In this document: positions 51,602 through 62,091 of the stretch, one piece after another
How positions within the stretch are numbered: position 1 is the first letter of the stretch
How the letters are laid out: each line of letters opens with the position of its first letter
From: an uncultured virus (IMG/VR IMGVR_UViG_3300022660_000072)
Taxonomy: Duplodnaviria > Heunggongvirae > Uroviricota > Caudoviricetes
DNA: 64,000 nucleotides
Virus record (IMG/VR): IMGVR_UViG_3300022660_000072
Reading direction: 5' to 3' (one strand)
Notes under the pieces: model-generated
Seen by the model: only the letters and a program-made list of their open reading frames with translations
Told to the model about the DNA's origin: nothing
Databases searched by the model: none
Translations under genes and position numbers: made by a program

Positions 51602-51635
51602 TGGCTCGTTGAAACAAATCATTGGCTACCTTTAC
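51602..51635 (+). promoter_or_regulatory. Repeated promoter-like element, copy 5
   Basis: tggctcg-N18-tacctttac; flanks also resemble copy 1. Confidence 0.7.
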
Positions 51636-51674
51636 ATGTGTAATCAATTAGTAATCACTAAGATAGAGTAAGAT

Positions 51675-54600
51675 ATGGAAGTCAATGTTGGAGATATTCT
51701 CTTGTGTGTTAATCCAAGAATAAGTAGGAAGCATTGGTATGTTATTGAGATTGAAGATTGGCATGTTGTTCTTCTTGATGCCAATAAGACGTATTCTGAG
51801 AGAAAAGGTCTTGGAGATTACTGGAGAGTAAGCAATACATTCCTTGAAGACAATTTCATTCAGTTTTAATATCAATAGAGTAAGTTATGAAAGAGATTTT
51901 GAATCAGTTGAAGCAGATGATAGTAGATGAGCAGTCTTATCTTGTTTGTGTCGAAAAAAGATTGGCTTCTGCCAAGAAGATGGAGTTCACAGAAGAAAGG
52001 TGCAACGAAGTTGACAGGCTTTTCAATAAGACTATGGAGCTGTCTGCCCACTTGACATACTTGAGGTCAGCTCTCGTGTCGTTGAGAAGAGCAGAAGGTC
52101 ATAAAGATGTAGATGTGTTTTACCCGGAAAGATTCTAGATCATGAGCAAGAAAGTTTACGTTGTAGGTTGCGAGTGCAATGATAATGGTTGGGATTTTGG
52201 TTGCCACTCTTTTACCCTCCCAGAACATGCTATCCAGTTGATGAGAGACTACGTGGCAAAGTTTATCAGAAACAGGAGGTCGGAAGGTAAAGAAGTAAAA
52301 GACTTATATGTTTGGAGAGACACAGTAATGAACGATGCATCAGAGAAGTCGCAGACAATCACTTTCAATGTTGAAGGAGACTTCTACGATTTCAGAGTAT
52401 GGGCTGTTAATCTCCACTCGGAGAGAATCCCGGCAAAGAATGTTATCAATTATTAACCGCATCGAATTCGATGCCTTAAAGAAAGTAAGTTATGGAAAAG
52501 TATTTTGAGACCACAAAGCTTAAAGACACCACTCATATTAAGGTGTCCGTAAGCTATCAACCAGGAGGTTGGAACTCCTTTACCCACCAGGAGGAGAAAA
52601 GAGGAATCTATGTGTTTATTTACCCTGTTACGCTGATACCAAAAGATGGATATACCATTGAAAAGGTTGAAGCTTTTTCCGGATTGAAGGTTTGTGTGAG
52701 AGAGCTAAAAAGGAATGCCCCAAAGTCCGTTGAATCCATATGGGAAAGACTGCAGGAAAGTATAGATATGCTTGTCACCATGTTCGAAGATGGCAGAGTT
52801 GATCTAGTAGATAGCCACTTGAGAGCTACAGAGTGGACACCAATGGAAAAGTTTTATGTAGTATGCTCAGACAGGATTTGGAAAGACAAGCTTGTCTGTG
52901 AATGCAAGACCCTGCTTGAGACGGAGATTGTAGAAAACAAGTGGAATTCTCACTCAGATAAGATGAGAGTAAGGACAGTAACGAAAAAGCCTAGTTATCC
53001 TGCTACATGGTACAAGGTTTCAGAAGATGGTTCAGTAGTAAAAACAAGGTAGATATGGCAATGTACACGATGCAAGACTGGAGGAGAGACAAGGTTCTCA
53101 AGCTCACAGTAGGACAGGAAGTCGATGAACCGGTTGTATGGCAGTTAAGGGATTGTGTTCCTCCTGTCAACTGCACAAGAAGTTATCTGCAGGTTGGAGA
53201 AGCCAAGACCATAGATGAGGAGTTTGTCGATCTGTACGACACGTTCGAAAGAGACAGTGACAACAATGGACCTTGGGTTTATCTAGGAGCCTGCAGGATA
53301 GATGAAAGAAAGCCTAGAGAATGTTATTTTGAGAAGTATTACAAAATGAATAGTTAAAGATATGTTGACATTGAACATGCAGAACATGAAAGCCCGCAAC
53401 ATGGAGGAGCTTTCGAAGAATTTGAAGGAAGTGGCAGATTCCATTAAGGAAGGCTACAACACAGGAATAATGAGACCAGGCTGTATCTGGAAGATTGAAG
53501 GAGAAGAAGAGCCTGATGAGGAGGAAAAGGTCTTCTGTTTCAAATTCCGGTCTGAGGTTTTCATCAAGGCTAAAAGCAAGGATGAGGCAGAGCTTTATTT
53601 CGAAGGTCTAGAGCTGCTTAGTCCAGAAGCTATTGAACATGGTGGAGAGGTGTCTCCATATTACGAAGTTGAAAAATGTAAGGAGTAATGGACATGGATC
53701 ACATTGAAGTACAACAGGAGTATGAAACCCTCAAGGAGCAGCTAGGAGCAGAAGTCTTCCTTGAAGAATTGTATCAGGCTATGAATACAGATGAAGCCCA
53801 TGTTTATTTCGAGCATGTTGCAAGAATGAATGACATAGAATTGTAAATTATGGCAAAGTTTGTTTTTTACACCACCATGACAGAGTATGGAACGATTGAG
53901 GTGGAGGCTAAGACCTTGAAAGAGGCAGAGAAGTTAGCCTGGGAGATGGAAGGAAAGTATTGTCCACATCAGAACATAGTAGAAGATATTGAACAGAAGT
54001 TAACATTTTAAGTTATGATAAGATTAGTTGACACATGTTTCGGCGTATTCAAGGTAGAGAACGGAACAGCCACATCATTGAAAGATGACCAGTTTTACTA
54101 CAATATCCCCAATGGTATGAGGGATGAAGACATACAGGCTTACTTTGAGCTCCTAATGGAGTATGAAGCCTAGGTTTTATAGATTTATATTTTTATAGAA
54201 AAAAGTAGAGTTATGAAATTGATTTATTTGGTAGATGGAGTTGATAAAGGCATGTTTTCCGGAGAAGAAAAGGAAGGTATCTTCTTACAGAGGCTTGTCT
54301 TTGAATTCCAGTCTGGAAGAAATGATGGATACTTCATATCCAAAGTCCATGAAAAAGAGTACCAAGAATGGTATAAGAACCTTCCCGAAGAAAACGTATG
54401 CTATTGCACCTTCGATAGGTTGTACAATAAGACTATCAAGTATGACAAGCAGAAGACCTTGTTTCTCCTGGCTTACAGCTTTGAGAACAGCTTCCAAGGA
54501 AGTTCGGGTTATGTAAAGTTCAGCAGTAAGAGAATGCAGAGGCTTTACCTGGCATGGGTTGATGAAAGAAATCGAAAGATGGAGGTTTTGTACAGGTCCA

Positions 54601-55507
54601 AAAAGTAATGAAAAGTTCATTTTGAATAAAAATGTCATAACTTGCATAAAATCAGCATGTTATGTGTCGGTAATTCAAAATTCATGCTTACCTTTACATA
54701 AGAAATCAAAATAGTAAGTTATGATAGAGTCCAATTTGAAGCATGTCGCAGTTTACGACAAATATTTCAAGAAGGTGCTTTTGGCAGATTACGTGACAGA
54801 CTACAGAGGTGTATCATATTATACGCTTAAGTACGCTGATATTGTCAGAAGGAATGACGGAAAGAGAGTTCCTGGTCCTATAAGTTATAGTAAGTCTGAA
54901 AACGGCACAGTAATTCCTAGGAGAGTAAAAAGGATACAAGATATTGAAGTTTTGGCGAAGGAGATTGGTCTTGTGCATTTTGAATTTTAGATTGATAAAG
55001 ATATGAGCAAGTTGTATTTGTTGGAGTGGTATCTCACTCTTGAAGGTAAGAAGAAAAGAAGATTGTTTTCAGACAAGGATGTAGCAGATGAGAAGTATCA
55101 GGAGTTGAAAGGTTCGATCCGTCACGGATGGCTATCTCTCAAGGAGCTTTTTGAAAGCAACATCGAAGAAGGTTTTGAAGAAGGAGAAGTTCTCCATTAT
55201 AACGATATAAACAGACTGTAGAACAGAAGTAGAGAAAGAAATGAAGAAGATTGGAAACATCAGCATGGATCCTGCTGTGATTGTAGACACCGAGGTGTAT
55301 GCGCAGGACCTTGACAACGCAAAGAAGATAGCCAAGGTATTCATAGAAGAATCGGCAAGATTTGAGTTTGTGAGCCAGGGCGAATGTGGAAAGAACTGTT
55401 TTCGTATCAAGACGGAGTGTTTCGGCACGGTTGCTGATATGCTTGACATCGCAAAGTATAGAAGATGCAAGTTCAAGGCAGTTGTCACTCCGGTAATAGC
55501 AGTTTAA
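51675..55507 (+). CDS. Small hypothetical genes (51675-51869, 51887-52138, 52142-52456, 52492-53052, to 53357, 53362-53688, several under 60 aa, 54213-54608, 54721-54990, 55003-55221, 55241-55507)
   Basis: Contiguous plus-strand ORFs, many acidic. Confidence 0.6.
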
Positions 55508-55534
55508 GTGTAACGGCTCAAAGAAAAGTAAGTT

Positions 55535-56131
55535 ATGGAAAAGAAGTCGAAGTTGTTTGACGACATGATGTCAGAGTACAGAAAAAAGGAGACTCACGAA
55601 CTAGCCGGCATCCTAGGAGTGGAGATGAAGAAGTACCAAACGCTTCCATTGGAGGCAATCATAGGCAATGTATCTCCAACCCAACAGCCAGTTGTAAAGG
55701 CCGCTATTGGTCTTTATGAAAGATTAAGAGTCTACAATCAACCTGCTCCAATAAGGGGAGTAGAAGATGTTGTCCCTATACTCAGATCAGTTCTGGCAGG
55801 GCGCGAGGAGTACAGAGACGAGGTGTGGTGTATCACTTTAGACAGAATGCATTGTATCAAGAGCATTGATGCATGCTTCTTCGGAAAGTTCGAATTTTCA
55901 AGATTTGCCCCAATGTACATCTGCAAGAATGTGATTGAAAACAAAGGAGAAGCTGCCATATTAGCACAAAGTTGTAAGGATGAAGACCTGCTTCCAAGTA
56001 GGGATGTGATAGATAAGGTCAGAAGTGTGAAGAATGCATTGAGTTCAGTTGGCATTGCTCTTACAGACCATGTGATGGTTACGAATGAAGGCGTGTGCTA
56101 CTCGTTCGCAGAAGAAAAGTGTTTCAAGTAA
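55535..56131 (+). CDS. RadC/JAB-like protein, degenerate
   Basis: E.W.I.LD, LPSR.....V.NAL..VGI.LTDHV.V.....YSFAEE; HNH replaced by AQS. Confidence 0.7.
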   Translation: MEKKSKLFDDMMSEYRKKETHELAGILGVEMKKYQTLPLEAIIGNVSPTQQPVVKAAIGLYERLRVYNQPAPIRGVEDVVPILRSVLAGREEYRDEVWCITLDRMHCIKSIDACFFGKFEFSRFAPMYICKNVIENKGEAAILAQSCKDEDLLPSRDVIDKVRSVKNALSSVGIALTDHVMVTNEGVCYSFAEEKCFK

Positions 56132-56142
56132 GTCAATAAGAT

Positions 56143-56388
56143 ATGGTAGACATTGCAATTTTGGATTACAGCGTAAGTGAAGTGATACTTCTGAAAGCTG
56201 ACGAAAAGATTGTTGAACGTGACTTCAACAACGATGTTGCAGCATTTATTCAGGCACCTATAAGTCAAGGAGGGCTTGGTTTTGATCTTGATAGCTGCTA
56301 TTACATGTGCAGTGAGAAGATAAGAGTTATCTGTCCGTTCGGAAGCCCAGAAGGTGGAATGGAGATTGGCTGTGATTCAACTCACTAG
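56143..56388 (+). CDS. Hypothetical protein
   Basis: 81 aa. Confidence 0.5.
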   Translation: MVDIAILDYSVSEVILLKADEKIVERDFNNDVAAFIQAPISQGGLGFDLDSCYYMCSEKIRVICPFGSPEGGMEIGCDSTH

Positions 56389-56565
56389 TAGTCAGGTGGT
56401 TATGACGGCTGTGAAGGTCCCCAGGCTTTCTCAGTTTGCTCATATAAAAAGGGATTCAAGTGCAAGAGTAGCAATAAGTTGTGTGATGTATGGCACGTGT
56501 TTTGTCTTTTGCGATGTTGAGTTCGTTAATCTATATGAAGGCGTTGGTAGAGGAGTTTTCTTGTC

Positions 56566-56600
56566 AGGGTAGGGACGGATAGTCCCCACCCTTTTTGTTT
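56566..56600 (+). terminator. Intrinsic terminator
   Basis: agggtagggac-ggata-gtccccaccct-ttttgttt. Confidence 0.65.
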
Positions 56601-56667
56601 GTCATTCAGAACGTAGCTGAGACCAATGTAAAAACTTGTTAAATCATTGAAAAATAATGTTTTACAA

Positions 56668-56701
56668 TGGCTCGTTGAAAAACATTTATGCGTACCTTTA
56701 C
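56668..56701 (+). promoter_or_regulatory. Repeated promoter-like element, copy 6
   Basis: tggctcg-N18-tacctttac. Confidence 0.7.
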
Positions 56702-56728
56702 ATTAGCTAAAAGAAAGTTCTTTGAAAA

Positions 56729-56945
56729 GCTGGAAAAAAGAAAGCCTCTCCCAAGGGAAGAGGCGAGGTAGTGGAGGAACGCCTTAAGAATTTGTCCTCC
56801 GGAACTTAATCTTCGCTGTTATGAGAATAAGAATCTCTATCAGACTTGGCAGATGGACATTTGTAGTTACTAACTACTAGTGCCAAGGGCGAGGGGTCAG
56901 TTTCCGGCTCTCCCCTCGCTGAAGATTAAGATTTCATTCTCCAGC
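56729..56945 (-). ncRNA. Candidate structured ncRNA, about 215 nt
   Basis: Several nested helices; minus-strand TATCTTTG promoter at 56957-56950; terminator hairpin plus U tract at 56764-56734. Confidence 0.55.
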
Positions 56946-56974
56946 CCTGCAAAGATAGTAAAAAAGTAAGTTGT

Positions 56975-57154
56975 ATGAAGAAAGTTAGAAGAATCCCACG
57001 TGAAAGAATCCCTGCGTTTATTGCATATGCCCTTGTTGCCGTTTGTGTGATTGGTGGCTTCACAGCAGGAAAGCACTGTTTGTTTACCGGAGGAGCGATG
57101 TACATCATTGGAATGATTCTCGATCCGAAGTCAGACCTTTATAGAAAGGACTAA
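56975..57154 (+). CDS. Small two-TM membrane protein, 59 aa (not in ORF track)
   Basis: MKKVRRIPRERIPAFIAYALVAVCVIGGFTAGKHCLFTGGAMYIIGMILDPKSDLYRKD. Confidence 0.55.
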   Translation: MKKVRRIPRERIPAFIAYALVAVCVIGGFTAGKHCLFTGGAMYIIGMILDPKSDLYRKD

Positions 57155-57157
57155 GCC

Positions 57158-58326
57158 ATGAATGAGAAGCTGTTGAGTAAGATTCTTACCCCAAGAATCA
57201 ACAGGTGGAAGATGTTGAATGAAAAGGGCAGGAGAATCGAAGCCAAGATAGAGATAGCAAGGTACTTCGCCCTTAACATAGATGGCAAGCCTTTCGAAGA
57301 AGTCTATAAGGAGCTACAAGGTGCTCAAAAGCAAGGTGCATACATTATCTCCACCGAACTGTTCCTAGACAATATTATGCTTTCTAAGTTGAGCTATGAA
57401 TGGGGAGACGAAGTTTACCACATGATGAAAGAATGTATTTAGTATAAACCCAAAACAAAGTAAGTTATGAAGAAGTTGACATTTGAACAGGTGTACAAAA
57501 GGTTCGTTAAGCACAACGAGGAGAAAAAGGTGACAAGCCAGTATTCTGCCTCAAAGTCTAACAGACTAGTAGGAGTTGTTGTTTTCAAGGAAGATAACTG
57601 GCCAGGCAAAGATTACAGCCTAGAGTCAAGGTCCTATCAGTTCGTTAGTGACAACAAGTATTTCATCCCAGGTCTTGGTGGTAATTCGATTTTCGCTGAT
57701 TGCATGGATGGTTCAGAGGAAGGAATAAGGCTTGACTTTTACCTCAGTTCTTGGGAGATTGACTACTGTTACATAGAAGGAGAGTAAGGCATGGATAGAG
57801 TAAACACGAATCAGCGATTGGTCTCAAGAGAGAGGGCAATCGAAATAACCATGAATGTGAATGGAGTCACACGTGGAATGGCAGAAAGGTACACAGACAG
57901 TGAGCTGAAAGAAGTATTGAGATTGGTAAGGATGAAGCCGGCATTTTAGTTATGGGAAACAGAGTATATGATATGGCGATGGAACTCCTCCAGGAGGAGG
58001 CATACGCAATGCATGAGTCATACAACAACGAACAGATAGCAGAGTGTGTTCAGAAGATTGTAGGCAGGTTGAACAGGCATGGTCACAAGTATTCGCAGAC
58101 TATCACTGCAGACCTGGGATTGCTCCAGATCAAGGTCAAGAATGCAAGTTCAAGGAACGGAGGCTCGTTCGTTTCTGTGTCTGATGAGACTGCTACCTAT
58201 GTGGCGAGGTCACTATCGGAAATCATAGATGTGAGTGTTGTTTGCACCGAAGATGAGGTCAAGGGTCTCATAGAAATGATGGATGAAGCTTTCTTTGCAT
58301 TGAAAGACAGAGACCGGAGTTTTTAG
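57158..58326 (+). CDS. Hypothetical genes (57158-57442, 57467-57787, about 57791-57948, 57952-58326)
   Basis: Contiguous ORFs. Confidence 0.6.
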
Positions 58327-58403
58327 GCAAAGTTACCCCATGAAAGTGGCTGTTTTAGCCTAAATAGGTCAGTAAAAACAAGTTGAGCAATAAAATCTTT
58401 TAG

Positions 58404-58441
58404 AAAGTGTTGCATTTTGCAACACTTTTTTTATACCTTTG
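58404..58441 (+). promoter_or_regulatory. Head operon promoter with palindromic operator
   Basis: aaagtgttgcattttgcaacacttt followed by TACCTTTG. Confidence 0.7.
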
Positions 58442-58550
58442 TCGCAAGCTATTCCAGAAAAGTAGGCTACTACCTTTCATAACTTACTGGCTAGGGGTCT
58501 GCTGTTCTCAAGATAGCAGACCCTATAATAAAAAAAGTAAGTTAAAAGAA

Positions 58551-59234
58551 ATGAAGAACAAGGTATTTACCAGACTGGAGCCGAAGGCTAAGTCCTACGG
58601 ATTCAGTAAAGATGAGCTGATGACTGTGTGCGAGTCTATAGCAAATGGTTTCAGTTCCGAAGAGGAAGCCACAGATGAAGCAATCGATGCTAGAATCGAA
58701 GCTTCTCTGCCATTCTTGAAAATCTCTCAGAGTGCCGCCAATCGGTCTTACGAACGAATGAAGGCGAAATTCGAAGATGAGAACAAGCCAAAACCAACAC
58801 CAACACCGCAGCCTGAGCCACCGAAGCCAGCTGACCCACCTGTAGATGAAGCCCCTGCATGGTTCAAAGCTTTCCAGGAGAAGTACGAATCAGACAAGAA
58901 GGCTACCAATGACAGGTTCAATCAGATGAGCCAGGAGAAAGCCAATGAAGGCTTTATGGCTAGTGCTCTCTCAAGTCTTAAGGATGTCGATCCAAGATTC
59001 TACAGAGACCTTAAGGGAAAGACCTTCGAGAAGCAGGAAGATGTCGACACCTATGTCTCAGAAGTAATGAATGACTGGACAGAGTTCTGTACAGACAAGA
59101 ACATCAAGGCTATGGCAGATGTTATCCCTCCAGGAGGTGGTCCAAAGCCAACAAAGCCAAACGAAGGTGTTGTAGCAAGGGCAGAAGCAAGAAAGGCAGT
59201 TGAAACCAAGTCTGCAATAAAGGGTCTAGAGTAA
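58551..59234 (+). CDS. Capsid scaffolding protein (putative)
   Basis: Helical, Pro-rich linker, PAWFK; precedes the capsid genes. Confidence 0.65.
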   Translation: MKNKVFTRLEPKAKSYGFSKDELMTVCESIANGFSSEEEATDEAIDARIEASLPFLKISQSAANRSYERMKAKFEDENKPKPTPTPQPEPPKPADPPVDEAPAWFKAFQEKYESDKKATNDRFNQMSQEKANEGFMASALSSLKDVDPRFYRDLKGKTFEKQEDVDTYVSEVMNDWTEFCTDKNIKAMADVIPPGGGPKPTKPNEGVVARAEARKAVETKSAIKGLE

Positions 59235-59278
59235 TTCTGGAGTAAGGCCCGTAATCAATCAAATAAAAGTAAGTCCAA

Positions 59279-59842
59279 ATGGAAGTAAAATTCGCTCACA
59301 CAGAAGCTCCTGCTCCGAAGCCAATCGTCTTCGAGCAGATTTTTGCTGAGAAGCCAGGCGGTGGACTGCTTGCCAACCACGACTTCGATGTGAAGGAGGG
59401 TATGGCTGCCGGTCTTAACGCAGCTGGAAAGTATCAGGTCATCAAGGCACCGATGCTCTATGAGGACGCTACAGCAGAAGCCACAACCATCAAGGTTAAG
59501 AAGGGTTCAGCAGTAGTATCCGGTGATTTCCTTGCCACAGGCAAGAAGGCCGTAAAGGTCACTAAGGTGGTTACAACTGATCCAAACTATGATGTGCTTA
59601 CAATTTCACTCGGAGTTGAAGTAAAGGCCGGACAGGTGCTCTATCAGGCAACCGCAGCAGCCGATGGTTCAACAGCAACAGCAGCTCTCTCTGTTGTTCC
59701 AGTTTATCTGGTCGGTGATGATGTCCCTGCAAACTCAGGTGACTTCATGGTTAAGCTCGTCAACGGAGCAAACATTCGCAAGGAGACAGCACCTGTCGCT
59801 GACGAGGTGGTGGCTCAGATGAAAGGAATCTCAAAAGTGTAG
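59279..59842 (+). CDS. Head decoration protein (putative)
   Basis: Beta-rich, immediately upstream of the major capsid gene. Confidence 0.6.
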   Translation: MEVKFAHTEAPAPKPIVFEQIFAEKPGGGLLANHDFDVKEGMAAGLNAAGKYQVIKAPMLYEDATAEATTIKVKKGSAVVSGDFLATGKKAVKVTKVVTTDPNYDVLTISLGVEVKAGQVLYQATAAADGSTATAALSVVPVYLVGDDVPANSGDFMVKLVNGANIRKETAPVADEVVAQMKGISKV

Positions 59843-59848
59843 TGTAGT

Positions 59849-60973
59849 ATGGGTACAATGAACAAACCACTGATGGACATCGACCAGCCTAGTCTTCAGG
59901 CTGAGGTCGATTCGTATGTTCCAGGTAACGGATTTGCCTGGAGAGACCTTTTCCCACTCCGATACACCCCTAAGTTTGACCTTAAGGGAATCGAAGGTAA
60001 GGAGGGTATTCCTATCTCTGCCGACAGAGTTGCATTCAACACTAAGGCACCTCTCAAGAGCAGAAAGACAATCGGCTCATGGAGTGGTACTCTTGAGAAG
60101 ATTGCAATCTCTAGGGAGAAAGACGAAATCGAAATCAATGAGTACAACGACCTTAAGCGTATCGCTGCTGCAGCTGATACAGACAAGGCTGCAAAGCAGT
60201 ATCTCGTTGACATGATTTACGATGACGTAGAGTTCTGTAACAATGGTATGGATGCAAGAGTTGAGCTTGATGCCATGCGTATCGCTTCTCACGGAGTAAA
60301 GACCTACACTAAGGAGGTTGACGGTGAGAACGCAACAGAGGACATCATCAACTTCAACGTACCGAAGGAGAATTTCCACGGAACAGCAGTGAAGTGGTCT
60401 GACCCTACAGCCGATGGTCTCGGTGACATCATGAAGATGGTAAGAGCTCTCAAGAAGGCTGGCAAGAAGGCTCCTGCTTACGCATTCATGGAGCAGCAGG
60501 CTTTCGACTACCTCTGCGCACAGGAGAAGACTGCAAAGAGACTGTTCACAGCAGCAGCTCTCAAGAACGACATGATCTTCACAGCAGAGCGTGTTACCCT
60601 TGAGAACATCAACAACTACCTCTCAAGCAAGGGCATGCCTAGAATCGCTATCCTTGACACTTGGGTTACTATCCAGGCGAAGGACGGAAGCGAGACTACA
60701 GTTAAGCCTTGGGCTGAGAACGTTGTTGTACTCTCTCTTACTGCACAGCTCGGTTGGACATGGTACAAGACTGTTCCGCAGGTTCCTAACACAGAAGCCC
60801 TCCAGGCTTACGGTGGATTCTATAAGACCACAAGGTACTCAGAGGTTAACCCTATGCTTGAGGTGACAATGGCAGAGGCATACGTGCAGCCTGCCCTTAT
60901 CAATCGCTCAAGCTTGATGTTCCTCAATACTGAGAACTCTGAGTGGGCTAACGGAGAAGTAGCAAAAGCCTAA
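59849..60973 (+). CDS. Major capsid protein (lambda gpE-like)
   Basis: 374 aa; LFP, ADRVAF, INFNVP, KWSD...D...DI; position. Confidence 0.85.
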   Translation: MGTMNKPLMDIDQPSLQAEVDSYVPGNGFAWRDLFPLRYTPKFDLKGIEGKEGIPISADRVAFNTKAPLKSRKTIGSWSGTLEKIAISREKDEIEINEYNDLKRIAAAADTDKAAKQYLVDMIYDDVEFCNNGMDARVELDAMRIASHGVKTYTKEVDGENATEDIINFNVPKENFHGTAVKWSDPTADGLGDIMKMVRALKKAGKKAPAYAFMEQQAFDYLCAQEKTAKRLFTAAALKNDMIFTAERVTLENINNYLSSKGMPRIAILDTWVTIQAKDGSETTVKPWAENVVVLSLTAQLGWTWYKTVPQVPNTEALQAYGGFYKTTRYSEVNPMLEVTMAEAYVQPALINRSSLMFLNTENSEWANGEVAKA

Positions 60974-60989
60974 GTAGTAGTGTAGCTTT

Positions 60990-61307
60990 ATGACTGTAAG
61001 AGAAGCCCTCCGTAAATCGTTTCCATTCTATGTCAATGATGGTGAGCTTGAGGTAATAGCAATCTCAAGAGGACTAGTTCTTGACAATGAATTCGATGCA
61101 TTCAGTGCATCTAGTAAGCCATTCGAACTTGCCAAGGCTGACATTATCAAGACTGTTGTCATGACACCTAATGTTTCAGAAGGTGGTGTCAGCATATCTT
61201 TCAACGACAAGTCGTCGATGATTTCCATAGCGAATGGTATCTACGGAAAATACGGAGAGCCGCTCTTTGGTCTAGAGACTCCCACTGTAAAACCCCTTGA
61301 CTGGTAA
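60990..61307 (+). CDS. Head-tail adaptor (putative)
   Basis: PNVSEGGVSIS, AN.IY.KYG; follows the capsid gene. Confidence 0.6.
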   Translation: MTVREALRKSFPFYVNDGELEVIAISRGLVLDNEFDAFSASSKPFELAKADIIKTVVMTPNVSEGGVSISFNDKSSMISIANGIYGKYGEPLFGLETPTVKPLDW

Positions 61308-61630
61308 TGGTTAATTTCAGACCTCACAATCTCACACTAAAGGTGTCGCTTCCCGGTGCCTACGATGGCACCGGAAAGTACATCAAGGGAGGTGAGAAGA
61401 CTATAGAAGGAATCCCTTGTAGATACGAGCCAAACGGCAGAGCCAATACCATAGCTCTAGAAGATGGCAGTGTCTATATGTATTCCTACATGGTCTATCT
61501 AGATTCAGATTGCCCGGAGATTTCCTACGGTGATGAAGTCGAATTGTTCGATCAGTCAGGAGTGAGCAGAGGAAAGTTTACCTCACACGGATTCCACAGA
61601 GGACAGTTAAACGCAAAGCTATGGCTATAA
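61307..61630 (+). CDS. Head closure protein (putative)
   Basis: Position; IPCRYEP. Confidence 0.55.
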   Translation: MVNFRPHNLTLKVSLPGAYDGTGKYIKGGEKTIEGIPCRYEPNGRANTIALEDGSVYMYSYMVYLDSDCPEISYGDEVELFDQSGVSRGKFTSHGFHRGQLNAKLWL

Positions 61631-62091
61631 AATGCAAGACCGAAATGTCTGAAATCCAGGAGTACATCAAGAGCTCAATCGAAAGGATGGACAAGGTTGT
61701 GATTCGCAACCTTCAAAGGCTCGGAGAGGAGGCAGTGATTTACGCAAGGAACAGGACAGGTGCAGAAAGCTGGTATGACCAGACTGGAAACCTAAGGTCT
61801 TCAATAGGTTATGTCATAGCAAAGGATGGAGGTATCGTAAGAAGGGGAGGCTTCTCCCAGATTCTAGATGGTACAGAAGGTCCTAGCGAAGGAAAGGAAT
61901 TCGCTGCAGAAGTGGCGAAAGACTACCCAGGAAAGTATGTCCTCATAGTCGTAGCAGGTATGAACTACGCTTCCTACGTGGAGGAGATGGAGAATAAGGA
62001 TGTGCTTGCTTCTTCATCCCTTTTCGTAGAAAGAGAACTCCCGAAGATGATAAAGAGAATAGACGAGCAGATAGGTAAGTTCAAGAAATGA
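61621..62091 (+). CDS. HK97 gp10-like neck protein
   Basis: DQTGNLRSSIG, AGMNYA.YVE. Confidence 0.75.
   Translation: MAIKCKTEMSEIQEYIKSSIERMDKVVIRNLQRLGEEAVIYARNRTGAESWYDQTGNLRSSIGYVIAKDGGIVRRGGFSQILDGTEGPSEGKEFAAEVAKDYPGKYVLIVVAGMNYASYVEEMENKDVLASSSLFVERELPKMIKRIDEQIGKFKK

Noticed and set aside
34238..56701. CRISPR mini-array formed by the TGGCTCG repeats
   Set aside because: Copies are kilobases apart, degenerate and positioned as promoters; no cas genes
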